Below, piece after piece: positions 30,245 to 40,423 of a stretch of DNA of 60,408 bases. Position numbers and translations under genes: made by a program. The stretch's first letter is position 1. The number at the start of each line of letters is the position of its first letter. The stretch is from an uncultured Enterorhabdus sp. (GTDB lineage Bacteria > Actinomycetota > Coriobacteriia > Coriobacteriales > Eggerthellaceae). The stretch is from assembly GCA_947573925.1 (NCBI GenBank), contig CANPHS010000001.1, positions 1 through 60,408 on the forward strand, read 5' to 3'. The notes under the pieces were generated by a model that made no database searches, was not told the DNA's origin, and worked only from the letters and a program-made list of their open reading frames with translations.

Positions 30245-30450
30245 CTACTCGGCTGCCGGCACGTCGTGCTTTACGCGGTCGTGCTCTTCGGCGCGCTTGG
30301 CGTCGTTGAAGCGATCCAGCGTGCCTACCAGGTAGCCAGTGATGCGGCGGAGTTGTTGCTCATGAGGTTCATGCCGTACAGGAACAGGGCCAAACCGCCG
30401 AACAGTCCCAGCCCGATTTGCAGCAGTTCTTCCACCTATGCGTCTCCTTC
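30245..30450 (-). pseudogene. Chimeric remnant: 5' end of the Na/Pi gene joined to the 3' end of nrdD
   Basis: 30351-30450 is identical to 24845-24944; 30245-30351 matches 40720-40826 at 105/107; fusion is out of frame. Confidence 0.92.
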
Positions 30451-30557
30451 TTACAGCGGCTCGCCCCTTGCGAGCCGCGCTCATCGGCGGGTCGCACCCT
30501 TGCGGCCCGCGCTCGTCTCAGCCGGGAAGGAGTATGAAGCCTCATTGAGCAGCCGCC

Positions 30558-30583
30558 GTAAGAGCCACGTAAAATGAAAGTAA
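30558..30583 (-). promoter_or_regulatory. PHO-box-like phased repeats upstream of the Na/Pi remnant
   Basis: GTAA at 30558, 30569, 30580. Confidence 0.7.
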
Positions 30584-30601
30584 AATCGCGCGGCGTTGCA
30601 A

Positions 30602-31429
30602 TTACCCGAAGCGCCCGGCGACGTAGTCGGCGGTACGAGGGTCGATGGGGGCAGAGAAGATGGTGTCGGTGTCGCCGGCTTCCACCACCTCGCCCAACAG
30701 GAAGAACGCCGTCTTGTCGGAAATGCGCAGGGCCTGCAGCATGTTGTGGGTCACCATGATCACCGTGTAGCGCTCCTTCAGCTGGCCGATGAGCTCCTCG
30801 ATCTTCGCCGTGGAAATGGGATCGAGGGCGCTTGTGGACTCATCGAGCAGCAGCACCTCGGGCTGCACGGCCAGGGCACGAGCGATGCACAGGCGCTGCT
30901 GCTGGCCGCCGGACAGGCCGAGCGCGTTCTTCTTCAGGCGATCCTTCAGCTCGTCCCAGATGGCGGCCGCGCGCAGCGATTCCTCTACGATGACGTCCAG
31001 GTCGGCCTTGGCACGCACCCCATGGCTGCGGGGGCCGAAGGCGACGTTGTCGTAGATGCTCATTGGAAACGGGTTGGGCTGCTGGAACACCATACCCACG
31101 CGACGGCGCAGGTCGGTGGCATCCAGGGTGCGGTAGGCGTCGGCGCCATCGAGGAGCACCGAGCCTTCCACGCGGCAGCCTTCCACCAAATCGTTCATGC
31201 GGTTCAGCGTCTTCAGCAGCGTGGATTTGCCGCAACCGGAGGGGCCGATGAGCGCCGTCACCTGGTTCTCCGGGAAGGTGAGGTTAACATCGCGCAGACC
31301 TTGGAAATCGCCGTAGAACAGGTTCAGATGCTCGACGGCCATCTTCGCAGGAGCGGGTGCGGCTCCTGGAACCTCAGCCGCCGCGGTAACGCTCATCTCA
31401 TTCGCGAGTTCCTTCAAAAAGCTCGTCAT
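30602..31429 (-). CDS. pstB: Phosphate ABC transporter ATP-binding protein
   Basis: [58 protein letters not shown]. Confidence 0.95.
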   Translation of the reverse strand: MTSFLKELANEMSVTAAAEVPGAAPAPAKMAVEHLNLFYGDFQGLRDVNLTFPENQVTALIGPSGCGKSTLLKTLNRMNDLVEGCRVEGSVLLDGADAYRTLDATDLRRRVGMVFQQPNPFPMSIYDNVAFGPRSHGVRAKADLDVIVEESLRAAAIWDELKDRLKKNALGLSGGQQQRLCIARALAVQPEVLLLDESTSALDPISTAKIEELIGQLKERYTVIMVTHNMLQALRISDKTAFFLLGEVVEAGDTDTIFSAPIDPRTADYVAGRFG

Positions 31430-32424
31430 TTCTTGCTCACTTCCATTTTCTGTGCCGCCACGCGCATGGCGGCGTTCAACAGAAGAACGAGGATCAGCAG
31501 CACCACCGAGGTGGCGTAGGCCTCGTTCACGTGCAGGCCCTCGCAGGCCAGGGTGTACATGTGCACGGCCAGAGTGCGGCAGGAGTCGAAGAGGGCGAAG
31601 ATGCCCTGGCCGCCGAAGTCGGGGATTTGGGCCACAGTGCCGGCGGTGAACAACAGGGCCGCCACCTCGCCCACGCAACGGCCGAGGGCCAAAATGACGC
31701 CGCCCAGGATACCGGGCACCGCCGAGGGCAGCACGCAGCGGGCCACCGTGCGCAGGCGCCCGGCACCGAGGCCGAAGCCGCCCTCGCGGTAGGAATCGGG
31801 CACTGCCATGAGCGCCTCTTCGGTGGTGCGCATGATGACCGGCAGCACCATGATGGCCAGGGTGCAGGCACCGGACAGAAGCGAGAGGCCCCAGCCGCAG
31901 GCCGTCACGAAGAACAGCATGCCGAACAAGCCGTAGATGATGGAGGGAATGCCCTGCAGCGTCTCGGCGGTCACGCGCACCAGGCGCACGAAGCGGCTGC
32001 CGCGGCGGGCGTACTCCACCAGATAGATAGCCGCACCAACGCCCACGGGCACCGCCATCGCCAAAGCCAGCAGCGCCATGATGACCGTCGAGGCGAGCGC
32101 CGGCAGAAGCGACACGTTCTCGGAGGTGTATTCCCACTGGAACAGATCGGGGGTAAGCGCGGGCACGCCTCGCACCAGGATGTAGCCCACCACGAACAGC
32201 AGCACGGCGGCGGTTACCGTTGCGGCGGCATAGGTGAGCCAGCGCAGCAGCACCGACACCGCGCGGCGCCGACGGGACGAGCGGGCGATGTGGGCCTCCA
32301 AGGCATCTTCCTTGGCGAAGCAAGCGGGCATCAGATTGACGGCACCCAGGGCTCCCAAGGTCGGCGAGCAGGCGACCACCGAGGGCCGCGGGCGACGCAA
32401 GCGCAGGTTGAAGCCATCGCTCAT
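31426..32424 (-). CDS. pstA: Phosphate ABC transporter permease
   Basis: [27 protein letters not shown]; start uncertain. Confidence 0.92.
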   Translation of the reverse strand: MSDGFNLRLRRPRPSVVACSPTLGALGAVNLMPACFAKEDALEAHIARSSRRRRAVSVLLRWLTYAAATVTAAVLLFVVGYILVRGVPALTPDLFQWEYTSENVSLLPALASTVIMALLALAMAVPVGVGAAIYLVEYARRGSRFVRLVRVTAETLQGIPSIIYGLFGMLFFVTACGWGLSLLSGACTLAIMVLPVIMRTTEEALMAVPDSYREGGFGLGAGRLRTVARCVLPSAVPGILGGVILALGRCVGEVAALLFTAGTVAQIPDFGGQGIFALFDSCRTLAVHMYTLACEGLHVNEAYATSVVLLILVLLLNAAMRVAAQKMEVSKK

Positions 32425-33413
32425 CGCGCCTCACCTCTCTTCCGAATAACGTTGAGCAGCATCGTGATCAGCAGGATGAACACGAACAGAACCACACCGG
32501 TGGCGATGAGGGCCTCGCGGTGCAAGTCGGCGGCGTAGCCCATTTCCAACACGATGTTGGCCGTCATGGTGCGCACGCCAGACAGCAGCGAGTCGGGAAT
32601 GATGGGCATGTTTCCGGCCACCATGACCACGGCCATGGTCTCGCCGATGGCCCGTCCCAGCCCCAGCACGATGGCGGCCATGATGCCGGAGGCGGCCGCC
32701 GGGGCCACCACCTTGAACACGGCGTGCTCGTGATCGACGCCGAGAGCCAGGGCACCCTCGTAGTAGCGAGCGGGCACGGCGTCCAAAGCGCTTTGGGCCA
32801 CGGTGATGACGGTAGGCAGGATCATAATGCCTAAGATAAGGCTGGCTGCCAGCACCGAAAGCCCCGTGCCCGGCCCGAACAGACGCACGAAGGGCACGAT
32901 GATGACCAGCCCGAAGAAGCCGTAGACCACCGATGGAATGCCGGCCAGCAGCTCCACGCCGCTGCGCAGGAAGGAGCCCGTGCGGCCGCGAGCGAACCGC
33001 GAGAGGTACAACGCCGTGAGCAGGCCGCCCGGCACGCCCACGATCATGGCACCGGCTGTCACGTACAGGCTGCCCACGATCATGGGGAAGATGCCGTAGA
33101 GGTCATGGGCCGGGCGCCACGTGGTGCCGAAGAGGAATTCCGGCAACCCGATCTCCGCCATGGCCGGCACGCCGTTGGCCAGCAGAAACAGGCAGATCAG
33201 CGCCACGGCGGCTATGGAGAGGGCCGCGGCCGTCCCGAAGAGGGCCCGGGCAGCCCCTTCGCGTAGGACATGTGGGCGGCGCTTGGGCACGCGGGCCGCC
33301 GCAGGGACACCGGCAGCTGCGAGACCTGCGCCGGCTCCGGGCGCTCCGGCGCCCCCGGAGCCGGCGGCCGTCGATGCACTTGCTGGCGGCACGTTCAGCA
33401 GGGAGAACAGCAT
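32421..33413 (-). CDS. pstC: Phosphate ABC transporter permease
   Basis: [33 protein letters not shown]. Confidence 0.93.
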   Translation of the reverse strand: MLFSLLNVPPASASTAAGSGGAGAPGAGAGLAAAGVPAAARVPKRRPHVLREGAARALFGTAAALSIAAVALICLFLLANGVPAMAEIGLPEFLFGTTWRPAHDLYGIFPMIVGSLYVTAGAMIVGVPGGLLTALYLSRFARGRTGSFLRSGVELLAGIPSVVYGFFGLVIIVPFVRLFGPGTGLSVLAASLILGIMILPTVITVAQSALDAVPARYYEGALALGVDHEHAVFKVVAPAAASGIMAAIVLGLGRAIGETMAVVMVAGNMPIIPDSLLSGVRTMTANIVLEMGYAADLHREALIATGVVLFVFILLITMLLNVIRKRGEAR

Positions 33414-33425
33414 AGTCGATCCCGC

Positions 33426-34394
33426 TTAGGCGACGTCGGCCCAGCTGGTAGCCGCGCCGGTATAGATGTCGCACACCTGCTGGCTCGTCAGGTCGTTCAC
33501 CGAGGAAGAAGGAGCCACGATGACCGCGATGCCATCCAGGGCGATGGCCGTGCCCTCAGCGCCGGCGCCGGTCTCGGAGTCCTTCAGGTCGCGGGAAGCC
33601 ATGCCGATGTCACAGGTGCCATCGAGCGCCATGTTCACGCCCGTGGTGGAATCGGACTGCTGCACTTCCACGGTCACCTGGGGATTAGCCGACTGGAAGG
33701 CCTCGGCCAGCTTCTCCATGACCGGCGTGACCGAGGAGGATCCAGCCACAACCACCTTCCCACTGGCGCCATGGGAAGCGAAGGGGGCGGCCGCATCGTC
33801 GATGGCGATGTACTTGTTGTCGCTCACCACGGCCTGCCCCTCGGCGCTCATGATGAACGCGAGGAAGTCGGCGGCCGGCGCGGCGAGTTCGCCCTTCGTC
33901 ACGATGTTGAAGGGACGCGCGATGGCATAGGAGCCGTCCTTCACGGCGGCAGCGGTGGGCGCGACGCCATCGATAGACACCGCCTTCACCGTGTCGTCCA
34001 GTGATCCCAAGGAGATGTAGCCGATGGCGTTGGGGTCGCCGGCCACCGACGTCATCATGACCGCCGTGGAGTTGGTGATGGCAGCTGCGGGCGTGGTCAT
34101 GTCCACCTTGTCGCCGTTGGCGTCCTTCTGCTCGATGCCGAACAGCTCAACGAAGGCGCCGCGGGTGCCGGAGCCGTCCTCGCGGGAGTACACCGAGATG
34201 GGAGCGTTGGCGGATGCGCCGCTGCCGCCAGATGCGCTGGCCGAGTCGCCCGCTGCGGCCGTATCGCCGGCCGATGTGCCTGCGCAACCCGCAAGCGCCA
34301 CTGCCAGCGCCCCGCACAGAGCCGCCGCTCCAGCGAGCACCGCCAGCCGCTGCAACCGCCGCGGCAAACGAGAAGATACCGAAGATGCTTTCAT
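33426..34394 (-). CDS. pstS: Phosphate-binding lipoprotein (PstS, PBP_like_2 type)
   Basis: LAGC lipobox, SREDGSGTRGAF, AGSSSVTP, DIGMASR, IALDGIAVIV. Confidence 0.9.
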   Translation of the reverse strand: MKASSVSSRLPRRLQRLAVLAGAAALCGALAVALAGCAGTSAGDTAAAGDSASASGGSGASANAPISVYSREDGSGTRGAFVELFGIEQKDANGDKVDMTTPAAAITNSTAVMMTSVAGDPNAIGYISLGSLDDTVKAVSIDGVAPTAAAVKDGSYAIARPFNIVTKGELAAPAADFLAFIMSAEGQAVVSDNKYIAIDDAAAPFASHGASGKVVVAGSSSVTPVMEKLAEAFQSANPQVTVEVQQSDSTTGVNMALDGTCDIGMASRDLKDSETGAGAEGTAIALDGIAVIVAPSSSVNDLTSQQVCDIYTGAATSWADVA

Positions 34395-34517
34395 GTCGTC
34401 GTTCCTTTCAAACGCGCGGGTCGGCATCCCAGAACCACCGCCCGCAAGGGCCATTCAACTCGCGAAAGCGACCCACAAGGGAACGTCGCTTCCGTGCATT
34501 CATGATGGCCCCGCTCC

Positions 34518-34576
34518 GTAAAAGAACCGAGCAGCGCCCGTAAAGAGTCTCCGTCAGTTTCGAAAAGCTTTGGTAA
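34518..34576 (-). promoter_or_regulatory. PHO-box-like phased repeats upstream of pstS
   Basis: GTAA at 34518, 34540, 34573 and GAAA at 34562, all on one 11-bp register. Confidence 0.6.
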
Positions 34577-34833
34577 AGCGTCAGCGCCAAACACCTGCAG
34601 CGCTTGCTTGACCGCCGTTTGGCTCGCATGGCAATGACTGCTCCGAGCAGCTGCCCTGGCAGTCTCCCGCGCGCTTCAGGCACCTTTGGCATCCCTCCGG
34701 TCATTCAGGCGCTTTTCATATGCCAGAAAGTTACTTAATCGTGCGACTCAGCACAAGAAGGCCGGAGCGCTTGGGAGGGGACGCGCTCCGGCCGGACAGA
34801 GAGGAGAAAACAGATGAAGGGTGACAGAACAAC

Positions 34834-35895
34834 CTAAGCGACGCCAGTCAGCGCGGCTAGCTTCGCGTAGATCTCGGTATTGTCGTAGAAGCCATCGAAA
34901 ACTTCGGCACCGGCGCCTAGGGCGAACACGGGCACGGTGAGACCCGAATGGGCGCAGGTAGAGAAATCGACGCCCGACTTGCGGTTGAGCAGGTGCGTGA
35001 GCGTTACGGTAAAGGGCTCGTAGGTGCCGTAGTGGACGTATTCCTCCTGGGTCATGTCCTCCTGATCGCCGGCGCCGACGGCCACAGTTCGCTCGTAGGC
35101 CTCGCGCAGCTGCTCGTCCTCGCAGGCAGTGAGCATCAGGCTACCCGTCTCGGCCTCGGCCACTTGCGCGGCGCCCTCGTCGTAGGTGCGCGCTACCTCG
35201 TAGCCGGCATCGCGCGCCGCCTCGTACAGATCGATGCGGTTATCGCTGGCGCCCGTGGGGTTGAGCAGGCCGCCACCGGCGAAGTAGTCGAACCCGCTCG
35301 CAATAAGCTCCTGGCCAATCTCGCAATAGTTCTTGCGCGACTGCTGATGGGCGTAGAAGGCCGCCGGCGTCGCGTGGTTCAAATTCACGCTGGTGAGCAC
35401 GCCTACCTTGTAGCCGAGCTGGCGCTTCAGTTTCTCGGCGATGGTCTCGAAGCGCTCGGAAGCGTCCGGCGACACGTTGATGACCCCGCTGGCCGTCTTG
35501 CGCCCAGAGGCAATGGAGGTGGCCGTGGAGGCGGAATCAGGGCAGAACGAGGTGCTATCGTAGGTGTACTGGGAACCGATGACCGGGAAGTCCATGAAGC
35601 TCACGCGCTCGATGGTCGATTCTTCCCCTCTCTGCTGGGCACCGTTGAAGTAGGCCGTCGCCTGAATCTGCGGGTAGCTCATGCCGTCGCCGATGAAGAG
35701 GAACACGTACTTCGGCACCATGGCCGCAGAGCCTCCTTGCGCCCCGCCTTCACCGGTGGCAGCCATGGCCACCGAACTTGGCTCGTCCGAAGCGCACCCG
35801 AACAGCGCCCCCAGCGACGCCATCCCCGCCAGGCCTGCCGCCCCACGCAGGAAGTTGCGACGGGAAACAAGATCTGGAGTCGCATCGTCTATCAT
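34834..35895 (-). CDS. Tat-exported alkaline phosphatase (PhoA family), apparently with an in-frame internal deletion
   Basis: SRRNFL, FIGDGM, PDSASTAT, HATPAAFYAH, AH...VPVFA, FYDNT present; central EGGxID/HxND/DHETGG metal-ligand segment absent; only 353 aa. Confidence 0.8.
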   Translation of the reverse strand: MIDDATPDLVSRRNFLRGAAGLAGMASLGALFGCASDEPSSVAMAATGEGGAQGGSAAMVPKYVFLFIGDGMSYPQIQATAYFNGAQQRGEESTIERVSFMDFPVIGSQYTYDSTSFCPDSASTATSIASGRKTASGVINVSPDASERFETIAEKLKRQLGYKVGVLTSVNLNHATPAAFYAHQQSRKNYCEIGQELIASGFDYFAGGGLLNPTGASDNRIDLYEAARDAGYEVARTYDEGAAQVAEAETGSLMLTACEDEQLREAYERTVAVGAGDQEDMTQEEYVHYGTYEPFTVTLTHLLNRKSGVDFSTCAHSGLTVPVFALGAGAEVFDGFYDNTEIYAKLAALTGVA

Positions 35896-35953
35896 GAGAA
35901 GTCCTTTCTCGAGTTTTATCTCTTAGCGAACAACTCAACGATAGATCGGCATC

Positions 35954-36001
35954 GTAAAACTCCGGTAAGCCGCAAGGAAAACCTTTGAGCGCTTTTCGTA
36001 A
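35954..36001 (-). promoter_or_regulatory. PHO-box-like phased repeats upstream of the phosphatase
   Basis: GTAA at 35954, 35965, 35998 and GGAA at 35976 (11-bp register). Confidence 0.65.
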
Positions 36002-36132
36002 GTTCCCGCGAGGCGCTACGAGCCAAGAGCGCAGGGCGTCCCTGCCAATCTGCGACGCATTTGGCAAAACTTCAGGATGCTTCTGCGACCGTTTTCAGGA
36101 AATTCACCCTGTCTTTGCGACATGTTTTACCT

Positions 36133-37407
36133 CTAAGTCGCCTTCGCGCCCCTTTGCGGGACGGGCCTTTTCGGTTTTTCCGTTGCCGTGTTGCCCGAGA
36201 TGGTGGCCAGGGAGCGCTCGTAGGCGTTGAAGGCCTCCACGACGTCCCCCGCCACGTAAATGCCGCTCTTGCGGTTCTTCGCATTCTGCTTCAGAATCCC
36301 CGCCGCAACGAGCTCGCCCACGGCGGTCCGGGCCGCCGGATAGCTCTTTCCCGTGAGGTTCTGGGCAGTCTTGATGCTGATGACCGGCGTCCCCAGAAGA
36401 ATCTCAATAAGCTGCGCCACCGCCGACCCCTCCCGAGGCGACACCTTCGCGCGCCATCCCTCCTTAACAGCAAGCAGCGCGCGCTCGAACGCCGAGGCGC
36501 GCTCGCAAGCCTCGCAGGTCGTCCGGGCGAAGTACTCCACCCATCCGTTCATCGTCTCGCGCCGCTCGGTTTCATCATCGCCTTCGAAGCGGAAGGCGGC
36601 GAGATTGGCGATGTAGCGCTCACGATCGGTGGCCAGCAACAACGAGATGGGAGGCACCGTGACGCGCGTCGTGCCGCCCTTCTTCAAAATAAGGTGAACG
36701 AGCGCCCTGCCCACGCGCCCGTTGCCGTCCGCGAACGGATGGATGGTCTCAAGCTGAGCGTGGGCAATGGCGGCGATGGCAATGGAAGGAAGCTCGCTGC
36801 GGTTGGCGAAGGCGACGAGATCTTCCATAAGAGCTGGCACGGCATCGGGAGAGGGAGGCACGTAGGCGGCGCCGACCGGGTTGACGCGATTGCCGCCGAT
36901 CCAGTTCTGTTCGGCGCGGATGACCCCTCCCCTCTCTGCGAGACGCGTGCCGGCCAGAAGCACGCGATTGAGCTCGCACACCTCCTCGACCGTGAGCGGA
37001 GAGCCCGCCTCCGCCCGCGCCAGACCATCGACGAGCGTATGAAGATTGCCGAGAATCTGGGCCTCCGTGCCATCGAGGCGATGATCGACGCCGAGGCGGT
37101 CGAGCTCCTCGTATTCCAAAAGTTTACCCGCCGGCATCTCAAGACCCTCGATGCGCGAGGAAGAGACGGCCTCGGCCCGCAGCATCATGCGCGCCAACGG
37201 CTCGGTATCGATGCGGGAGCCGGAAAGCTCGAGCTTCGCCAGGGCCTCCTGGGCATCCGCCACCGCGCTTGCGCATGAGGGGCTGAGCAGAAGCCCGTAA
37301 TCGGCAAGCGTGTCGGGAAGATACGGGTGGTACGGCCCTCCCATGCGTTCAGCCTTGTTCATGCCCGCCCCATCGGACTGCCAGAAGCGGTCGAGATAGA
37401 CTCCCAT
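36133..37407 (-). CDS. Fic family protein (class II, N-terminal inhibitory helix) with C-terminal HTH-like region
   Basis: HPFADGNGRVGR Fic motif; SSRIEG inhibitory motif. Confidence 0.92.
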   Translation of the reverse strand: MGVYLDRFWQSDGAGMNKAERMGGPYHPYLPDTLADYGLLLSPSCASAVADAQEALAKLELSGSRIDTEPLARMMLRAEAVSSSRIEGLEMPAGKLLEYEELDRLGVDHRLDGTEAQILGNLHTLVDGLARAEAGSPLTVEEVCELNRVLLAGTRLAERGGVIRAEQNWIGGNRVNPVGAAYVPPSPDAVPALMEDLVAFANRSELPSIAIAAIAHAQLETIHPFADGNGRVGRALVHLILKKGGTTRVTVPPISLLLATDRERYIANLAAFRFEGDDETERRETMNGWVEYFARTTCEACERASAFERALLAVKEGWRAKVSPREGSAVAQLIEILLGTPVISIKTAQNLTGKSYPAARTAVGELVAAGILKQNAKNRKSGIYVAGDVVEAFNAYERSLATISGNTATEKPKRPVPQRGAKAT

Positions 37408-37412
37408 GCTCG

Positions 37413-37468
37413 TAACCTTTCTTTTTCGTTGCAGAAAAGAAAGGTTACTGCACTAACCTTTCTTTTTC
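37413..37468. promoter_or_regulatory. Operator-like repeats upstream of fic
   Basis: TAACCTTTCTTTTTC at 37413 and 37454, with inverted copy GAAAAGAAAGGTTA at 37434-37447. Confidence 0.65.
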
Positions 37469-38194
37469 AAGAGGTGTGAAGGTTGGTCGCTTTTCCGAGA
37501 GGACGGCGAGCAGGGCGGCGGGGATCTCGGGGGCGAGGCATTGCAGGAACGTCTCCACGGGATAGGCAAATCCCATCTCGGCACGGTAGGCCATGAGCGC
37601 CAGGATGCCTCCGCTCGCATATTCGACGACGATGCGGAGCGTCGGATCGTTGGCATCAAGCGGCAGGACATCATCCAATTCGGGCAGCACATCTTCCAGA
37701 AGACGGCGCTTCACCCGCTTCTGGGCGAGCGCCGCATTAGGGCCGTTCAGCACCGCGCACAGCGTGTCGATGCTCTGGGAGTTGCGTCGCACCAAGTCGG
37801 GAAGGTCCAGGTCCCTTGGGCCAGAGGGGCGGCCAGTCGCTTCTTCGCCGGCGGCCATCTCGCTTTCGCCAGACTCGCCGCGCGCAGCCTCTTCCCCATC
37901 AGAGTCGCGGCCGACGTCCGCAGCCATCGCCTCGCGGAAGGAGGCGCCGAGCCGCACGAACGAGAGCAACACCCGGGGAATTTCCACGGGCACCACCGCA
38001 TCAAGCGCCGCTTCGGCCAGCTGTTCGGTATCGGCAAAATAGTAGTAGAACGTGCTACGATTGCAGCCCACTTCTTTTATGAGCGAAGTCACCGTCACGG
38101 CATCCACTGGCTCGCGAATCAGCCGATCGGCCATGGCAGAAATCAAACGCTCGCGCACCTTATGGGTTGCTTCATCTTTCCGGGGACGACCCAT
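37445..38194 (-). CDS. TetR/AcrR family regulator
   Basis: MGRPRK...VTVTSLIKEVGCNRSTFYYYF; divergent from the ABC exporter. Confidence 0.88.
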   Translation of the reverse strand: MGRPRKDEATHKVRERLISAMADRLIREPVDAVTVTSLIKEVGCNRSTFYYYFADTEQLAEAALDAVVPVEIPRVLLSFVRLGASFREAMAADVGRDSDGEEAARGESGESEMAAGEEATGRPSGPRDLDLPDLVRRNSQSIDTLCAVLNGPNAALAQKRVKRRLLEDVLPELDDVLPLDANDPTLRIVVEYASGGILALMAYRAEMGFAYPVETFLQCLAPEIPAALLAVLSEKRPTFTPLEKERLVQ

Positions 38195-38314
38195 ACCTGA
38201 CCTCCTTCTTACGAGCGACAATCCGACAGAGCGTCGCGCATTGCTGGTTTTTCCCGACACTCTGTTGGATTACTATCATAGCCGGAAGACCCACGCCGCG
38301 AAAGGAGCTCAGCC

Positions 38315-39133
38315 ATGAACGCAGACACCCCGGCCATCGCCATCGACCGCGTCCAGTTCCGCTACGGGCGCCCCGGGCCGCGGCGGCGGGATATCCCCCT
38401 CGTGCTGAAAGACATCTCGCTTTCCGTAGCGGCGGGCGACATCCTCTGCCTTCTGGGGCCCTCGGGCTGCGGCAAGACGACGCTCGTGAACCTCATCATG
38501 GGCGTGGATGTGCCCACCTCCGGCACCGTGCGCGTGCTCGGCGAGACGGCCCCCTTCCGCACGGCGCGGGCGCGCATCGGATTTATGCCCCAAGACGATG
38601 CGCTCTACGAGGACGTGACCGCCGAGGAAAACCTTCGCTTCTTCGCGGCGCTCTACGGCGTGAAGGGCGAGCACCTCGCCCGCCGCATGGACGAGCTGTT
38701 CGCCTTCGTGCGTCTTCAGAGACATCGCAAGAAGCTCGTTCATGACTACTCCGGCGGCATGAAGCGGCGGCTCTCGCTGGCGGTGGCCCTAGTGCACGAA
38801 CCTGCCGTGCTCGTGCTGGACGAGCCCACCGTGGGGCTCGATCCGGAGCATCGCCGCTACATTTGGAATCATCTGGAAGCGCTGGCCGCCCAAGGGTGCG
38901 CCATCGTAGTGACCACTCATGTCATGGACGAAGCCGAGCGCTGCGCCCGCATTGCCATGATTCGCGAGGGACGGCTGATCGCCGATGCCTCGCCGGCGGA
39001 TATCCTGGCCCGCACGGGCACGAACACCTTGGAAGACGCCTTCCTGGCATTAGAAGAGTCGGAGTCGCCGGATACGGCAGCGGAGCCGAACGTCTCGCCG
39101 TCTCTTGGCGAAAAGGAGGCGTGCCATGACTAG
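38315..39133 (+). CDS. ABC-2 type exporter ATP-binding protein
   Basis: GPSGCGKT, YSGGMKRRL, LDEPTVGLD, TTHVMDEA. Confidence 0.93.
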   Translation: MNADTPAIAIDRVQFRYGRPGPRRRDIPLVLKDISLSVAAGDILCLLGPSGCGKTTLVNLIMGVDVPTSGTVRVLGETAPFRTARARIGFMPQDDALYEDVTAEENLRFFAALYGVKGEHLARRMDELFAFVRLQRHRKKLVHDYSGGMKRRLSLAVALVHEPAVLVLDEPTVGLDPEHRRYIWNHLEALAAQGCAIVVTTHVMDEAERCARIAMIREGRLIADASPADILARTGTNTLEDAFLALEESESPDTAAEPNVSPSLGEKEACHD

Positions 39134-40397
39134 CGTGTTCGCCATTGTTCGCCGCATTCTCACGCAGTTCGCACTGGATAAACGCACGCTGGCGCTGCTG
39201 TTTGTAGCGCCTCTCGTGGTGTTGTGGTTGCTGTCGGTTATTCTTGGCGCCGACACGGTAGGCCCTAAAATCGCCACCGTGGACTTACCTGCTGAGTTTC
39301 AAACGCAGTTCGGGCAGACCGATGCGCGCATAACCGAGGCCAATGCCGACGAGGCAAGCGCGCTGCTCGCCGCCAACGACGTGGCAGCCGTGCTTTCCAT
39401 GGAAGGCGAGCACATGCTGAAGGTAGAGCTGGAAGGCACCGATTCTACGAAGTCGGCGGCCGTGCTCGCCGCGTGCGCCGAAGCCTTGGGCGAGTTGCGC
39501 GGCAAGGCGGCTGAGGAAATGGAAGCAGCCGTTGTCGACAAACGAGCAGAAGTAGAAGACACCATCGAAGAGGCGAGCCAGCAACGCGAAGAGGCCCGAA
39601 CGGCACTCACGGGCGTGATGGTCTCGATGCCTGCCGAAGCCCGCTCCGGCCTAGCCGAGGCGTTGGGAGGCCTCTTCGACGACGATGCGGCTGAAGCGCT
39701 TTCCGCCGAAGACTTCTCGATGAATGTGAGCGACTACCTGCCCATAGAGGACATGGAAACCGTTTATCTCCACGGCAATGAGGACTGGCGGATGTTCGAC
39801 TTCTACGGACCGGTGTTCATCGGCATCTTCCTGTTCGTGTTCACCTTCATTACCAGCGGCATGTCGCTCGTCACCGAGCGCATGGGTGGCACCATGACGC
39901 GCTTTCTCGCCACGCCGGTGAACGCAGGGCAGATTCTCGGCGGCTACACGCTGGCCTTCGGGCTTCTGGCCTGCGTGCAATCGGCCATCATCTTGTGGGT
40001 GGCGCTCACGTTCATCGGATTTCCCAACGAAGGCAATCTGGGACTCGTGGTATTCACCTGCGTCTCCATGGCTATGGTATCGGTAGCGCTCGGTCTTCTG
40101 GTATCGGGGCTGGCCGCTACGCCGTTCCAGGTTATCCAGCTCATTTTGCTGTTCGTCGTGCCGCAAATTCTGCTGTGCGGGCTATTCGACCTTTCCGGTG
40201 CGCCCGACTGGCTCGCAGCCTTGAGCGCCTTCATGCCCGTGACCTATGGCGTGGATGCCCTGCGAGCCGTCATGCTGCGCGGCGCCGACCTTGCCGCCGT
40301 AGGGTTCGACCTGGCCGTGCTGTGGGGATTCCTCGCCCTGTTCTTCGCCCTAGCCGCCGCCAGCTTCCGCAAGAAACGTGTCCGAACAACATGCTGA
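39126..40397 (+). CDS. ABC-2 type exporter permease
   Basis: N-terminal TM, extracellular domain, ERMGGTMTRFLATP, PQILLCGLF, MPVTYGVDALR. Confidence 0.9.
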   Translation: MTSVFAIVRRILTQFALDKRTLALLFVAPLVVLWLLSVILGADTVGPKIATVDLPAEFQTQFGQTDARITEANADEASALLAANDVAAVLSMEGEHMLKVELEGTDSTKSAAVLAACAEALGELRGKAAEEMEAAVVDKRAEVEDTIEEASQQREEARTALTGVMVSMPAEARSGLAEALGGLFDDDAAEALSAEDFSMNVSDYLPIEDMETVYLHGNEDWRMFDFYGPVFIGIFLFVFTFITSGMSLVTERMGGTMTRFLATPVNAGQILGGYTLAFGLLACVQSAIILWVALTFIGFPNEGNLGLVVFTCVSMAMVSVALGLLVSGLAATPFQVIQLILLFVVPQILLCGLFDLSGAPDWLAALSAFMPVTYGVDALRAVMLRGADLAAVGFDLAVLWGFLALFFALAAASFRKKRVRTTC

Positions 40398-40423
40398 AGA
40401 TCCTTCCGTTGTGCCATCTTCGC

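Noticed and set aside
30245-30484. 79-aa ORF ending in the NrdD glycyl-radical tail as a GrcA-like spare-part protein
   Set aside because: The RBS and start inherited from the Na/Pi gene (30435) are out of frame with the nrdD tail and stop after 36 codons; the in-frame ATG at 30484 has no clear RBS.
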